This document shows, piece after piece, positions 27,329 to 40,100 of a DNA stretch of 64,000 nucleotides; the first letter of the stretch is position 1, and each line of letters opens with the position of its first letter. Location: NCBI GenBank assembly GCA_973895155.1, contig OZ316894.1, forward strand, positions 20,156,451 to 20,220,450, given 5' to 3'. This DNA is from Marsupella aquatica. Its lineage: Eukaryota; Plantae; Marchantiophyta. The notes under the pieces are model-generated. The model was not told where the DNA came from and did not search any database. It was given only the letters and a program-made list of their open reading frames with translations. Both the position numbers and the translations under genes were made by a program.

Positions 27329-27693
27329 CACTGTCCAGCACAATTAGTGTTAGTCGGTCACACTAATTGCGTAGCCCTTCAAATTTTACATCTCACCTAA
27401 AATAATGTAACTCACATATTTCAGGTGTCACTCCAATTACACGTCACATGAAGTCGCACTTTTGGTCTCACTAATTGAGATGTTCGCCTAGGATACTGCA
27501 CACTGAGAATCGAGGCATAAAACTGAGGCCCAAGCAGACTGTCAACACAAAGTAAAGTGTGTGATTTAGAGTAGTTACTTAATTAGTGTGATTCGGTTTA
27601 GAAAAAATATGTTCACACACTTTAGTGTGAGTAGGTCACTCTAATTTTGGTGTCACACTAATTATGTACTCACACTATCTACGGTGGACAGTG
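27329..27693. mobile_element. Non-autonomous TIR element (CACTGTCCA termini, TA duplication)
   Basis: TA|CACTGTCCA...TGGACAGTG|TA, with subterminal AATTAGTGTG/CACACTAATT repeats. The paralogous segment reads GGTACC (empty site) at ~25255. Confidence 0.8.
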
Positions 27694-27950
27694 TACCAAA
27701 TATTGACTGTGTGGAAAGTATCCGAGTCAAGTTACTAGGACCTCTACTGTAGTTACCTTAATTTGGAATTCGATCACACTTTGTGTGATGGACTGTCCTT
27801 TATTGAAAGAGCTGCTGAGTAGGCAGAAAATTAACAGATGTAAAAGTATATGGTCTATTGGACATGAGTTCTGTCCCAAGAACAGCACTACTAATTAAGC
27901 TTTAATATAAAATCATAGAATTATGTGTATATCTCCTATGATCGAACAGC

Positions 27951-29393
27951 TTACAACTTCAGCTCATCACACCGGACCTGGGCATAGCTAAACTCTTGCT
28001 TCTCCCGGTCATGAAGAACCTGAAAGTTCTGTTGTGCTACATTTCCGAAAATGCTGAAGGACGAGAAACTATCTGCAAAGGCCAGGCAGTAAGTGGAGTT
28101 GCTCGGAATATAGATGTTAAATATTTGCCCCCCTAGGAAGACGTTATCCCAAGGGAGATCCAGATCCAAACCTTCAAACTCCATTGTGACGACGGGGAAT
28201 GAGGGATTGCTCACACCCGTCAGATCATAGCACAGGTCGAACCCAAGAGACGCGCTGTAAGGACTGATAGGATACCTGGTCAACACGCTTACCTCGGATA
28301 GCAGAGGGGCGAAACCAGCACTTGCAAGATAAGTGAGAGTCGTTCCAGAATCTGAGATCGTTCCTCCGGTTCCGTTGGCTGCTATATCGAACGTGCCAGC
28401 AGGTATGGCGAGGGCCTTTCCATTCACCTTGATACCCTTCAAACCGATATAGTAAAACGTTGGGGTACCATAATAACTAGCATTCGGATTCTGTACCATT
28501 GGAGTGGAGCCAATGATGGGAACCTTAGGCACCGCAGCATCTCCGAACAGCAGCAGACTGGCCGTGGTATTGCTGTCGTAATAACTTACTAGACAGTAGG
28601 AGAATTTGTTGCTGAAGAGACCGCCCAGCTGAGAGGTGAATGACTGAGGGCCTTGTCCCAATCCCACCAATCCGTCAACTCCTCCGAGGGCCAGATAGGT
28701 GTCCTTATCACATCCAAACGCGAAATGGCCCGCAGTCGTCGGGTTTCCTCCCGTTGTGGTGAGGGTAACGGTTTCGTAAGACATGGTTCCAATTGTCTGA
28801 CCGGATCCATATAAGTAATTGTATTCGCAAGTCGAGTTAGTGTCGCAGTAATCCTGTGGAGCCAAGCATAGACTGTCGGTGCAAGACATGGGGCTGAAGG
28901 TGGACGATTGCGCGGGGTCATACAGGGGGTCATTTTGAGGCAGGCAATAATCGCACGGTGCGCATTGGACCCAGACCAGATCGCTCCCCGTGTCAGCGAT
29001 GGCAGAAAATTTCTGAGCCGGTGTACCAAGGGTGATGTGCATACCATACTCAAATACCATATTAAACAATGGAGAGTAAAAGCTTGTCGAAGGCGCGGGG
29101 CCCGGGGCCGGGGAGTAGTATGACGGACCTCCCTGCGTCGTGCCTGAGAACGCTGCTGCTCTCGCATAGCCGCTCTGAATAGCGAGCTTCAACCTTTCAA
29201 CGAAGTTGGTCCCGGGAACGAATTGTGGAGCTTCGGGGTTAGACCAATGTAGAAGTTTGAGCTGACCTCCATGAGAGCTACTTTCGAGCAAACGCGTGCT
29301 GTCGAATGCATCGGAACCTGAACTGAGAGCTAGAATACTAACTATCCCCACCATGAGCACCGGGAGAGTGCATAACTGAGTGTACGTCCACAT
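27951..29393 (-). CDS. Secreted A1-family aspartic protease (nepenthesin/CDR1-like), intronless
   Basis: Hydrophobic signal peptide, catalytic ADTGSDLVWVQC and SDSGTTLT, Cys-rich NAP-type insert, KFSYCL, FYYIGLKGIKVNG, SIFGNVAQQNF. Start at ATG 29393 or the downstream MVGIVS. Confidence 0.95.
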   Translation of the reverse strand: MWTYTQLCTLPVLMVGIVSILALSSGSDAFDSTRLLESSSHGGQLKLLHWSNPEAPQFVPGTNFVERLKLAIQSGYARAAAFSGTTQGGPSYYSPAPGPAPSTSFYSPLFNMVFEYGMHITLGTPAQKFSAIADTGSDLVWVQCAPCDYCLPQNDPLYDPAQSSTFSPMSCTDSLCLAPQDYCDTNSTCEYNYLYGSGQTIGTMSYETVTLTTTGGNPTTAGHFAFGCDKDTYLALGGVDGLVGLGQGPQSFTSQLGGLFSNKFSYCLVSYYDSNTTASLLLFGDAAVPKVPIIGSTPMVQNPNASYYGTPTFYYIGLKGIKVNGKALAIPAGTFDIAANGTGGTISDSGTTLTYLASAGFAPLLSEVSVLTRYPISPYSASLGFDLCYDLTGVSNPSFPVVTMEFEGLDLDLPWDNVFLGGQIFNIYIPSNSTYCLAFADSFSSFSIFGNVAQQNFQVLHDREKQEFSYAQVRCDELKL

Positions 29394-29769
29394 GATGACG
29401 GATCCTGAATGAATTTCGATCACATTTGATTGAATGATCTCTGTACTGAGCACAGTTGGAGCTCGCGTACCAGCCAGAGAGCTGAAAACTGATCCGGTTT
29501 GTCCAATTGATGGACGATAGTTCTCATATATACTGAGCCGGCCCTCTGTGTAAAGCCAGCTAATTGACTAGCGGTACAGTCAAGGAGCGTCGATCTCAAG
29601 GACGATCTCGCTGAAAGTCAATTGCAATTGTATTTTTTTCTTCGAACGGAAGTCAACTAGAATTCTGGTTTGCATCGCTGGGCAATCCGTAAAAACCAAA
29701 ATATGCATGTACCGTTGCCATTGTTCTCGATCGCCCTCCAACTGTCGGCCTTAGTTCTTTACGTTGAGT

Positions 29770-29884
29770 ATATTGTTTTTCAGGCTACTATACCTTGTCA
29801 ATAACAAAGTGAAAATATCTTTGAGAGGATATTGTTTTTCAGGCTACTATACCTTGTCAATAACAAAGTCTAAATATCTTTGAA
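29770..29884. repeat. Tandem duplication, 2 x ~59 bp, upstream of the aspartic protease
   Basis: ATATTGTTTTTCAGGCTACTATACCTTGTCAATAACAAAGT occurs twice in tandem. Confidence 0.85.
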
Positions 29885-30108
29885 TTCTAAATACATCTTT
29901 TAATTACTTTGCAACTAAGGATTGTAATTCAAAATATTGACACTGTTTTTTATATTTATAAAAATGCCACGATTTGGTATATTGATGAAAAGTTTACCAA
30001 GGTAAGCAATATTTTTATAAAATACAAAAAACAGTTGGTGTCAATATTGTAAATTCATTTGAACATTTTTAGTGATATTGTACTTAAAAGCTGATTCTAA
30101 ATATTCAA
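29880..30108. repeat. AT-rich imperfect palindrome (MITE-like)
   Basis: AATATTGACACTGTTTTTTATATTTATAAAAAT pairs with ATTTTTATAAAATACAAAAAACAGTTGGTGTCAATATT. Confidence 0.55.
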
Positions 30109-32077
30109 CCTGTCCCATGGGTTGTGAAAACAGCTGCTGGACTAGCGGAGTCACTCCACTGAAGAGTGTCAAGGTAAAGAAGACACCAGGTTAAATGAAC
30201 ACTCATTGAGGCTCCCTAGTCTTCTTGGGGCCCTGTACCCTGCTTGCCCCAAATCCCAAAGTTGTTACCCGCAAGCCCGCTTGAACATTGAATGATCACC
30301 GTTCCAGCGCGCAGTCCCTAAATTCACTAGCCCACGATCCGTTGACAGACACTCAGAAACTTCCGTCCTTTTTTTAATTTGTTGCCCTTAGGGCGCAGGA
30401 CAAGCCTAGCTAGCTTCTCACCCTCACGTTTGTGGGCTCTGTTTTCCTCCCTCGTTGACCACTATGGAGATTGGAAGCCAGGATTGGCCCATAATGATGC
30501 CACAATTTGTAAGGTTGTCAGATTTGAAATGTTAGGGAAGGTGTATTTCAGTTGTGACAAATTTGACAACCAGCATAATCCATATTAACCTTGTGCTAAA
30601 TTGGTTGGAAAGATGGAGAATTTATAAAATTGGGGCGAGGGAGAGAATAATAATATCCTGAAAGCGGAAACTCTTGGCTTAGTTACTTACCATAAACCAA
30701 TAATAAATTGGTTCAAACTATCTCAAGTAAGTTTAGTCAAATAAGCAACCAACTGCACAAGTCTTTTAAATAAAAAAAACCAATGCAACTACCATTAATT
30801 TGCTTGGTTTTTAATGCTATGGCTACTTTGGGGACTGAGTCCCACATCACACCCACATGTACATAAATATCCCATTATCAGAGTCAAACACCGGAAGCGC
30901 TTTGGTTAGAGTTAGAGTGCCCCTAACCTGAATGCCTAACCTTTCCTTATAAATAGATGCTAAATATCCTCGTCCTTGTTTCCAGTTCCACTCGAGCACA
31001 TCGGTCCTGACTACCACATGGCAGAAAGATCAGGAGCTACAGGAGAGTACAGAAGTGTACTACATTCCATCTGTCGTAGCAAGACAATCATGCACGAATT
31101 TACTACTTGGACGTGATTTACAAGGATGTCTGACATTAAATCTCCTGCACGTAATTTAATTCAATGCCAAAACAACAATGTGGGCAACAGATGCTAGTTT
31201 TGGTTTTGAATTGCGGATTCAGCTTGCACTAGAATTCCAATAGTATAATTTAGTATTCCTTAGAGAGGGCGAATGATGTGCTCAAATTTGGCTTGCATGA
31301 TTGTCATTAGTATGGTCGACGTTAGTGCATAGAATGGGGCGTGGTCATCGTATGGAATCAGGACACGGATATAGTGATACGCTGATAGCCTGATACCTTT
31401 TACAACTTTAGAAAGTAAAGATCAGCCAGGCTTCTGTATCATTATGTTGTATCATTAGCATGCATCTCATATACCAAAGTGTCATTCCAGTTTGCGGAAC
31501 AATTAATAATTGTAAAAACTTTGCACCTGACTAATGAATATTTCTGGGTACTTCTGAAGCCTCCAAAGAGTTTTGTATTACATTTTATGAATATTCTAAG
31601 CATGTTGGTAAACACAACTGTCTAGTGTATACATAACTTTGAAATTAAAAAAATGACAACAGGATAATAATAGTGTGGCCTTGATGAATTACTGAAAGAT
31701 AATTAAATCTACTACTGTTTCCTGCAGGCACCCTGGTGGAGGAGCTGGATGGCATTGCCGTTTATACTTTGGCTTGTTTGAACTGTAAGGGTTAATTGCA
31801 TGTGTGTCATTGTCAACATTTAATCTAGTTCTTGCAGACTAGCATATTTTCCCATTATGATTGATTCCATGATATCTTTGTTTCACACTTAAACAATTTT
31901 TGAAACTTACAACAAGGAAAACCAAGAGTAAAAGATCCTTGGTTTCATATGTCTGACCCTACCTTACCAGTGATACAGGTAGCACTATTCACATTTTAGA
32001 ACAATGAGTCATATCAGTGTCTCCTTCCAGGTTCATCTCTACAAGTGTTTCCTTTAGTGCTCCTCCGACTCAAAAGT

Positions 32078-33097
32078 GACCCCTCTTAATGACCAGTATG
32101 TGACCTGTTCTTGTGTGGTGCCTACACCTGTCCTTGTGTGGTGCCTACTATGTACTGTTAACCACACTCATTACCTTGTAGTGCAATATGCTCCCAGGTC
32201 CAGTTCACCACACTTGTTGTTGCAGTCTACAGTGCCTAGTCCACCACGCGGGTCGCCATAGTCTACCGCTGTTCATCAAAATGGGCAACAATACCATTAC
32301 CACAAGATTCAATGGGTTAATGCCTGAAGACACAATGGATTATGTCTTCCCGTGTTTCAAGCTTTAGGGTTTAGGGTGTACCCCAACACCTTTGGGTCTC
32401 TCTTGTTTTGAAATTGTTTGTATGCATTGCACAGGGGAGTATGATCACCATTTTTTGAGCGCATTTGTCGATTATTTGCCAACTTTTGTTGTGGCGGCAG
32501 TTGGGAAATTCCAAACATTGAACTTGAATATTCTTTGTGGACATTTGGAGATACCCCACACTAACACTAGTAGTCGCACATGAAAACATCATGAAAAACC
32601 CATGTGCACCGCGTCAAAAACATACCTAATGACTACCCCGCAATACGGTAAAAATTTGAACCCGAAGACATAATCCATATTGTATTCAAGTCATGGTTTG
32701 GGCAGCGGCGGCAGCTTTTCACAGTTCTCTCACATCTTCTCCGCAATTTCACTTGTTTCTCCCACATGTTTCTTCGACCATGCAGGGGTGGCGCCCTGCA
32801 CGGTCCGATAGTCACAAAAACCCATACAAGCAAACATAATGACTACCACGGGAGCAGTCAAATTTTGAATCCAAAGACATTATAATGCATATTGTCTTCA
32901 AATCACAGTTTTGACAGCAACAGTCGCTTTTTGCGGTTTGTCCCGAATAATCTTTGTGGTTTCTTAGTCGACCATGTAGGGTCCACTGCACGGTCCAATC
33001 GTGCAGTTTGCCTGGAGTCATTGTACATAGTAGGCACCACACAAGGACAGGTGTAGGCACCACACAAGAATAGGTGTACTGGTCATTAAGAGGGGTC
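32078..33097. repeat. ~78-bp inverted repeat arms (32078-32155, 33023-33097) around ~0.9 kb containing a direct repeat
   Basis: GACCCCTCTTAATGACCAGT..TTGTGTGGTGCCTACACCTGTCCTTGTGTGGTGCCTACTATGTAC and its reverse complement. Confidence 0.8.
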
Positions 33098-34115
33098 CCA
33101 CTTGGTGAAAAACATTATCTAGGGGCCCATCAGGTAAGAAAAGTTCACCAAGGGGCCCATCAAGCATATATCTCCCACACATCCTATACCTCAATCCTAT
33201 ACAAGTGTACTCGATGGCCTTGAGCCCCATACAATGATGATGCTAACCTCTCACTCCATATCTCAATCATGCTCCTAAATAAAAGGTAATAATCTAGATA
33301 AGATAGTGCACTCAAAATGGGTAGCTAGTGGATCTCAGCCTTACATTGGACTAGAGTACCCAAAATGGACGAGGAATGCAGAGTGCCATACTTGTACTGT
33401 TGCTCTTTTCATTACAAAAATTTATTACATTCAAGTAATGTTTATAGAAAGTTGCAAACCTATGATTGACTGTAACTTAGTGCATGAAACTCCAAACCTA
33501 TGATGTTTGGACTCATTTTGAAGATGGCCATGAGCCCATATACCAATGATATTAACGTCTCCATTGTGTTATTCAAGTAAATGTAATAATGGAAATAAGA
33601 TATTGTGCTCAAAATGGGTAGCATTGGAAAATACAAAGGGAGGAGTCTTTGCGTGTCACTATATTATGAAGTTTCAGGATGAACTTTTTAAATTTCAACT
33701 CAAAGCATCATCCTACCCTCCCAGCCGTCAAAACAAATATGATTAGGCATCCCTCAAATTTTGAGGGCCAATGAATTTGTTTTTGTAATTTGTGAGGGAG
33801 TTCTTCAAACCGGTGAATGCCTCAAACTAAGGTCTATGAGTGAAAGTATGTGACTGGGGCTCACCTAATATTTGATTTTAACATTATATTATTAATATTT
33901 GTTCCCTTCATTTTTCTTTGTATTATTTCACCAGATCTGGAGAAGGAAAATTTTAACAATATTTAGCCGATGACCCTACAGTAGTAGAAGTTTAGGGTTT
34001 GAGAAAAAATAGAATTACATTTTTTCCTAAAATTTTCCTTGACTACCAAATGTTTTAGAGTGCTTATGAAAGATCCAAATAATTGTGATTTGAATTTAGA
34101 AATGTTATGCTTATA

Positions 34116-37100
34116 CTAGCCCTGCCAATGCATGTGCGTTTCACGTACTGACAGAAGATGTTGAGGTGAGAAAAAATGTTTCAGAGGTGAGGAAAAGATA
34201 TCGAGGAGATAAAAAGATGTTGAGGTGAGAAAGATGTTGAGGTGAGAAAAAGATGTTGAGGGGAGAAAAACTTTAATGAGAGAAAAAATGTCAAGGTGAG
34301 AAAATGATATTAAGGTGAGGAAATCATGTCAATGAGAGAAAACTGTGGAAATGAGAATATGATGTTGAGGTGATAGAAGATTGAGGAGAGAAAAGGTGTA
34401 AAGGAAAGGAAAGGAAAGATGTCAAGGTGAAAAAAAGATGTCAATGTGAGAAAAGACCATTGAGGTGAGAATGGGTGTCAAGAAGAGAAAAGATGTCAAA
34501 ATGATAAAAAGACCTTGAGGAGACAAAAAGATGTCAAGATGAGAAAAATATGTCAAGGCAAGAAAATTGTCAAGTCAAGGCAAAGATATTGAGGCAAAAC
34601 ATGTCCCAAGGTGCTATTGTGAAAGCAATGTTGTGGGGGAGGGTGAGAGCATGGGAGGGAACGCAAGACAGGGGCAGCGGTTAGGGTGTTACAGGGTCAA
34701 GTGTGGTTGCCCTCTGCTCTATGGAAGGAGAGAAATTCACTTTTTTTCCTTGTTTTTCATCAATCTCCTTTTTTGTGCCCTCCGTTCCTCTCCTTCCAAT
34801 CTTGCATCCTGGCTCTTTGGCATCCTCCCTCCCCCTTCCAACATAATTAAGAAAGAGAAGACCAGCAAAATACTTGATGGGGACCCTCTAATGAAAGATA
34901 TTCCTGACTAGCCCCTAACTTTCCAAATATACTCAATGGGGTGCCTTGTCCCTGTAACCCTTTCTCAGGACCTCTCTGTAGGAATGTAAATGCCAATAAC
35001 CGTGTATAGAGTCTTGAATGGTGTGTACATATAGTTGTGTCGCGTGACCGACTGGTCTGGTCAACGGGTAAAGTCGGGTAGAGTCTAGCTAACACTCCCC
35101 CTTGGATATATAGTGACTACTATGTAGACAACATAGACTATACCTATCATATCATGTTCATAGAAAAGACATGGTATGAGTACAAGCGAGGTAGATTGCC
35201 TCGTTAAAAAACCTTTATCAACTCTAGCTATGTAAAAACTCTACCAGTGTAGCAGAGAAAAAGTATAAGTGCTAAAGGAAAAAGAGTGCAGTCTAACAGT
35301 CCTTGTCGTAATAAATGTCAATACTATATGAAGTTAGATGCTATAGTAAATCTAGCTTCAGGATCTGTCTTGAGAGTAAGTCGTCAGTAGTATCAATCAT
35401 GGTGTAGCAGCAGCCTCCACAGTCATCATGCGTCGCACGCTCCGTAGTCCAATCGCCTGGCAGTGTCGGTGATGAACGGCTGGCGATAGTGATTTGGTGA
35501 AGAGATCCGCACAGTTGTCTGCACTTGAAATCTGCAAAATGTTGATCTCTGTTCCATGTAACTCATGGGTGTAGAGAAACTTTGGAGCTATGTGCTTCAC
35601 TCGGTCACCTTTGATGAATCCTTTCGTGATCTGCTGTATACATGCTGCGTTATCCTCAAAGATATTAGTAGGCTTCATTAGTGTTGGTAGGCCGCATTTA
35701 GTATTGATGTGGTTTATAAAAGATCGTAACCAAATGACTTCACGACTAGCCTCATGTAGACCTAAAATCTTTGAGTGATTCGATGAGGTTGCTGTTAGGG
35801 ATTGTTTCACGTTTTTCCAAGAAAAAACGGTACCCCCTATAGTAAAAACATATCCAATTAGGGATTTTGCGGTGTCACTATCGGAAAGATATCTGGCATC
35901 TGCATATCCTGTGAGTTTGTGGTTTGCATCGAATGGGTAAAATAACCCGGTATCAGTGGTGCCACGTAGGTACCTAAATACGTGCTTAACTCCATTCCAG
36001 TGTCTGGCTGTGGGAGTTGCACTGTGCCTAGCTAGTAAGTTAATAGCAAATGCAATGTCTGGTCGGGTCTGATTTGTTAAATACACTAATGCTCCTATCG
36101 CAGAAAGATATGGGGTTTCCGGTCCTAATAGTGGTTCGTGTTCTTCGCGCTTGCGAAAAACATCAATGTTGTTTTCTAATGAACGTACCACCATTGGAGA
36201 TGTTAGTGGGTGTGCTAAGTTCATATTGAACTGTTTTAGGATCTTTTCAGTTTGTGTTGTCTGATGGAGCATCATGCCAATGGGTAGGATCTCTAGTTGT
36301 AAACCTAAACAAAAGTTTGTATGGCCAAGGTCTTTCATCTCAAATGTTGTTTTGAGACGGGTAATAGTATCTTCTATAATTTGGGGTGTCCCAAATATGT
36401 TTAAGTCGTCAATGTAAATAGAAACGATGACATATTTGTCGTCCATGTGTTTAATAAATAAACATGGAGTAATTGCATCATGGGAAAAACCCATGGAAAT
36501 CATCTCATTGATCAGTGAATTTTTGATGCCATACTCTGCCACTTTGTTTCAGGCCATATAATGCCTTCAACACGCGGATAGCTAGTTTGCGGCGAGTATT
36601 CCGTACGGCTGACACAGGGGTGTCATTGTTATGAGTTACATGTGTAGATGACACATGAGATGTAATTTGAGGTAATTGGTTTATAATCTTATGTAAATGG
36701 AATATGCGATGTAGCGCCTTGAGCTAAAGCTCGGCGACGTTGCTCCAACTTGGGAGGTGATCGCATGTATAGACAAGTGTCTAAAGTTCCATATATGTAT
36801 GCGATCGCAACATCCAGTTGTCACATCTGAAGTTTATGGAAAATGGCAAATCCGATAAGGTATTGAAATGTTGTGCTATCCATAACCGGTGAGTAAGTTT
36901 CATCGTAATGAATTCCCTGTTGTTGGGTTAATCCTTTCCCTACCAGACGTGCTTTGTAGCGTACAACCTGGCCTTTATCATTTCTTTTGCGGACGAAAGT
37001 CCACTTGTAGCCAATGAGGTGTACGTCTTGCGGTGTTGGCTCAAATGGGCCAAAAGTGTGTCTGCTTAGTAGGGAATCTAATTCTCCGTTGATAGCTTTT

Positions 37101-40100
37101 TGTCATTCAGGCCAATCTGGTCTGTTTTGGCATTCTAAGATGGGGAGTGGTTCAGGTGTATCATCATTGATATGGATTGCCACCATTAATACAAAAGCAT
37201 CGTCTATTGAAGTAGTATTTCTATCCCACATAGCACCTGTGTGTGCATAGTGGATAGAGATCTCTTCATGAGTTGTAGAGTCAGTATGATCGACATTAGG
37301 TGAAGGAGGGATAGATGAACCATGCCTTCTTGGTTGTTTATCTTTTGATCTCAAGGGTCTGCCACGTTTGGCACGAGGCTGAGATGTACTTGCTGGCTCA
37401 CTTGATAATTCGATGCGAGCGGATACTCTCGCAGCTGGAATATGTGAGCGGGTAACTTGTGATGTATCGACAAAAGCGTTGGAAAGTTCTTCCACAATCT
37501 TGTGGAGTTGCAAAATTTGCTGAACTTCTTTCTCCCCCTGATTTGTTCTAAGGTCTTGCCAAAATGGCGAATGTCTCTCCCACTCCAAAGGTGGTTGTGG
37601 GTGTTCAGGGGTTATTAATGGTGGATAAATATGCTCATCAAAATGGCAATCTAAAAATCTGGCTTTAAAAATGTCGCCTGTTGTAGGCTCCATATATCGG
37701 ATTATGGACGGTGAGTCAAATCCGATGTATATCCCCAACTGTCGTTGGGGTCCCATCTTGGTTCGTTTGGGTGGAGTAATGGGGACCATTACTTGACATC
37801 CAAATGAACGAAGGTGGGATAGATCGGGTTTGATACCGTTAGCAATTTGGTATGGACTATAAGTATTGAAAGCTGATGGACCGTATTGAATTAATGCGTT
37901 AGCCTATAATATGGCATGTCCCCATGCTGAGACGGTGAGTTTCGACTGCATTAGTAGTGGGCGTGCAATTAGCTGAAGGTGTTTAATGATAGCTTCAGCT
38001 AATCCATTCTAAAAATGCACGTGGGGTACAGGATATTGTACATCAATACCTAGTGATGTACAGAAGTCGTCAAATGTTTCAGATGTGAATTCCCCTGCAT
38101 TGTCCACCCTTAGTGTTTTAATGGGGTGATCAGGAAATTGTGCTTTCACGCGCAAGATTTGTGCCAAGATGCGAAGCATAACCATGTTCCTCGTTGAAAG
38201 CAGGGTCACATTTGACCATTTGGTTGATGCATTGATCAGTACCATAAAGTAGCGGAATGGTCCGCTTGGTGGGTTAATTGGCCCGCAGACATCCGCATGT
38301 ATTGTCTTTGCAAGAACCTATGGATATGGCGTCTAAGAAATACTAGGGCCTTGGATTCATTGGCTTTGGTTAACGGGTCTGGTTGGGGTTCGCCAGCTAG
38401 TATGGGTTGAGCGATCTCTATAGCGGGGAGTAGGGTTAAGGAGGTCAGGTTCTCCTTTAGGTTAATAGACCACTCGAGGTAATTGTTACCATCGATTTCT
38501 AAAGCTGGGAAAGTCAATTTCTCCAGGTTGGCCATCGGGGTGGTGGCTAGGTTCCTTTTAATGGTGATTGGGGCTTATGTTCTAGTAAGTATAGTAAAAA
38601 TCGACAAAGCACATTTATGCGGCATGCAAAGTGGGACTGGGTGTAGAGAGCATGCAACTTTAGAATTCAATTTTAGGGTTTGCACTTAGGATATAGGTTT
38701 TCCTTGTTATTTGGTTAACTGCAAAGTTTCCTTCGTTGTTTTTTTTTAATGAATGAATGTTGTGTATAGAATGTAGAACGTCTAATACATATGGTTGTGT
38801 TGGGTGATTGGGTGATCCGGTCAACGGGTAAAGTCGGGTAGAGTCTAACACTCTCATGTTAGTTTTTCCATTTTTTAATTGTAATATATTATACAACTTT
38901 ATCCGTCAGCCCACCAGATGTACTATCTAGAAGCAATTCAATATACTTTTGTTTGAAAATATATATATAATTTATGTATGAAGTATTTAGCACTTTTGAC
39001 TCCCATGTTAGCTGTCATTAGTTTTTCCATTTTTTAATTGTAATATTCTATACAACTTTATCCATCAGTTCACCAGATGTACTATCTATAAACAATTCAA
39101 TATCTTTTTGTTTGAAAATACTTATATAATTTATGTACTAAGTATTTAGCACTTCTGACCCCCATATTTGCTGCCCATATTCATTTGTGGCAAGTTTTGA
39201 AATACTTCTACAAGAGTACATTGAAAATTGATTCTAAATAGTATATTTGATGGACTGATGTAGATAATTGTACCGTCATGTTACAATTAAAAAATGAAAA
39301 AACTAATATGACAGGTCATGAGAAAGGGTTACAAATACAAGGGCCCCCTTAAGTATATTTGAAAAGTGAATATCTTTCATTAGTCTGAGGGGCCCATCAA
39401 GTATTTTGCTGTGGAAAAATACTTTCAAGCATGAGTACTTTTAGTAATTGTTAGGGAATAAATAAAGAGAATAAATACTCCCTACTTTCTGTGCAGGAGT
39501 AATATTTAAAATGAATATGAGAGTGACAAGGGCTAAATACTTTGTACATATGATGTATACATATTTTAAATAAGAGTTCATTGAAAATTGATTCTAGACA
39601 GTATATTAGATGGACCGACATAGATAAGTGTACGGTCATGTCACAATTAAAAATGAAAAAAACTAATATGACAGGTCCTGAGAAAGGGTTACAAGGACAA
39701 GGGCCCCATTAAGTATATTTGGAAAATTAGGGGCTCGTCACACCAAGATATTTCATTACAGGGGCCCATCAAGTATTTTGCTGAAGAGAATAAGAAACAA
39801 CATGGAGCCAAAGATAAATGATCTCTAAGAAAAATGAAAATTTCTGTTCTACTTAGCCAAAAAAAACAAACAAATCTGATACCAATGTAATGCACATGTC
39901 AGTCTTGAAAGTAATTAGCCAGCACATGTATCTTGTAAATACTTACTTTAGAAGCAAAAATATACATGGTATTCACTTCCATAGGTGATCCCTTTCACTC
40001 AATCCAAGGGTATCAAAATCATCGAAATATATCTTATGGTATTGGTTTGTTCCTTCCTTTTTCACTTTTGTAGATTGTATTAAATCTTTGAGATGAGGTA

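Larger units (their letters stand above)
24672..27880. repeat. Local direct duplication of ~0.6-0.8 kb (24672-25440 and 26933-27880)
   Basis: Shared colinear blocks GGCCATAATTCCCTGGC, GAAGGGCCA..GCCTGTAAC, CTCGGGCTGACCACCT, AAGTATC.GA.TCAAGTTA, GAGCTGCTGA, TATGGTCT.TTGGACATGA. Confidence 0.8.

Noticed and set aside
28589-29167. 192-aa alternative-frame ORF over the aspartic protease
   Set aside because: It is a shadow ORF of a GC-rich coding region.
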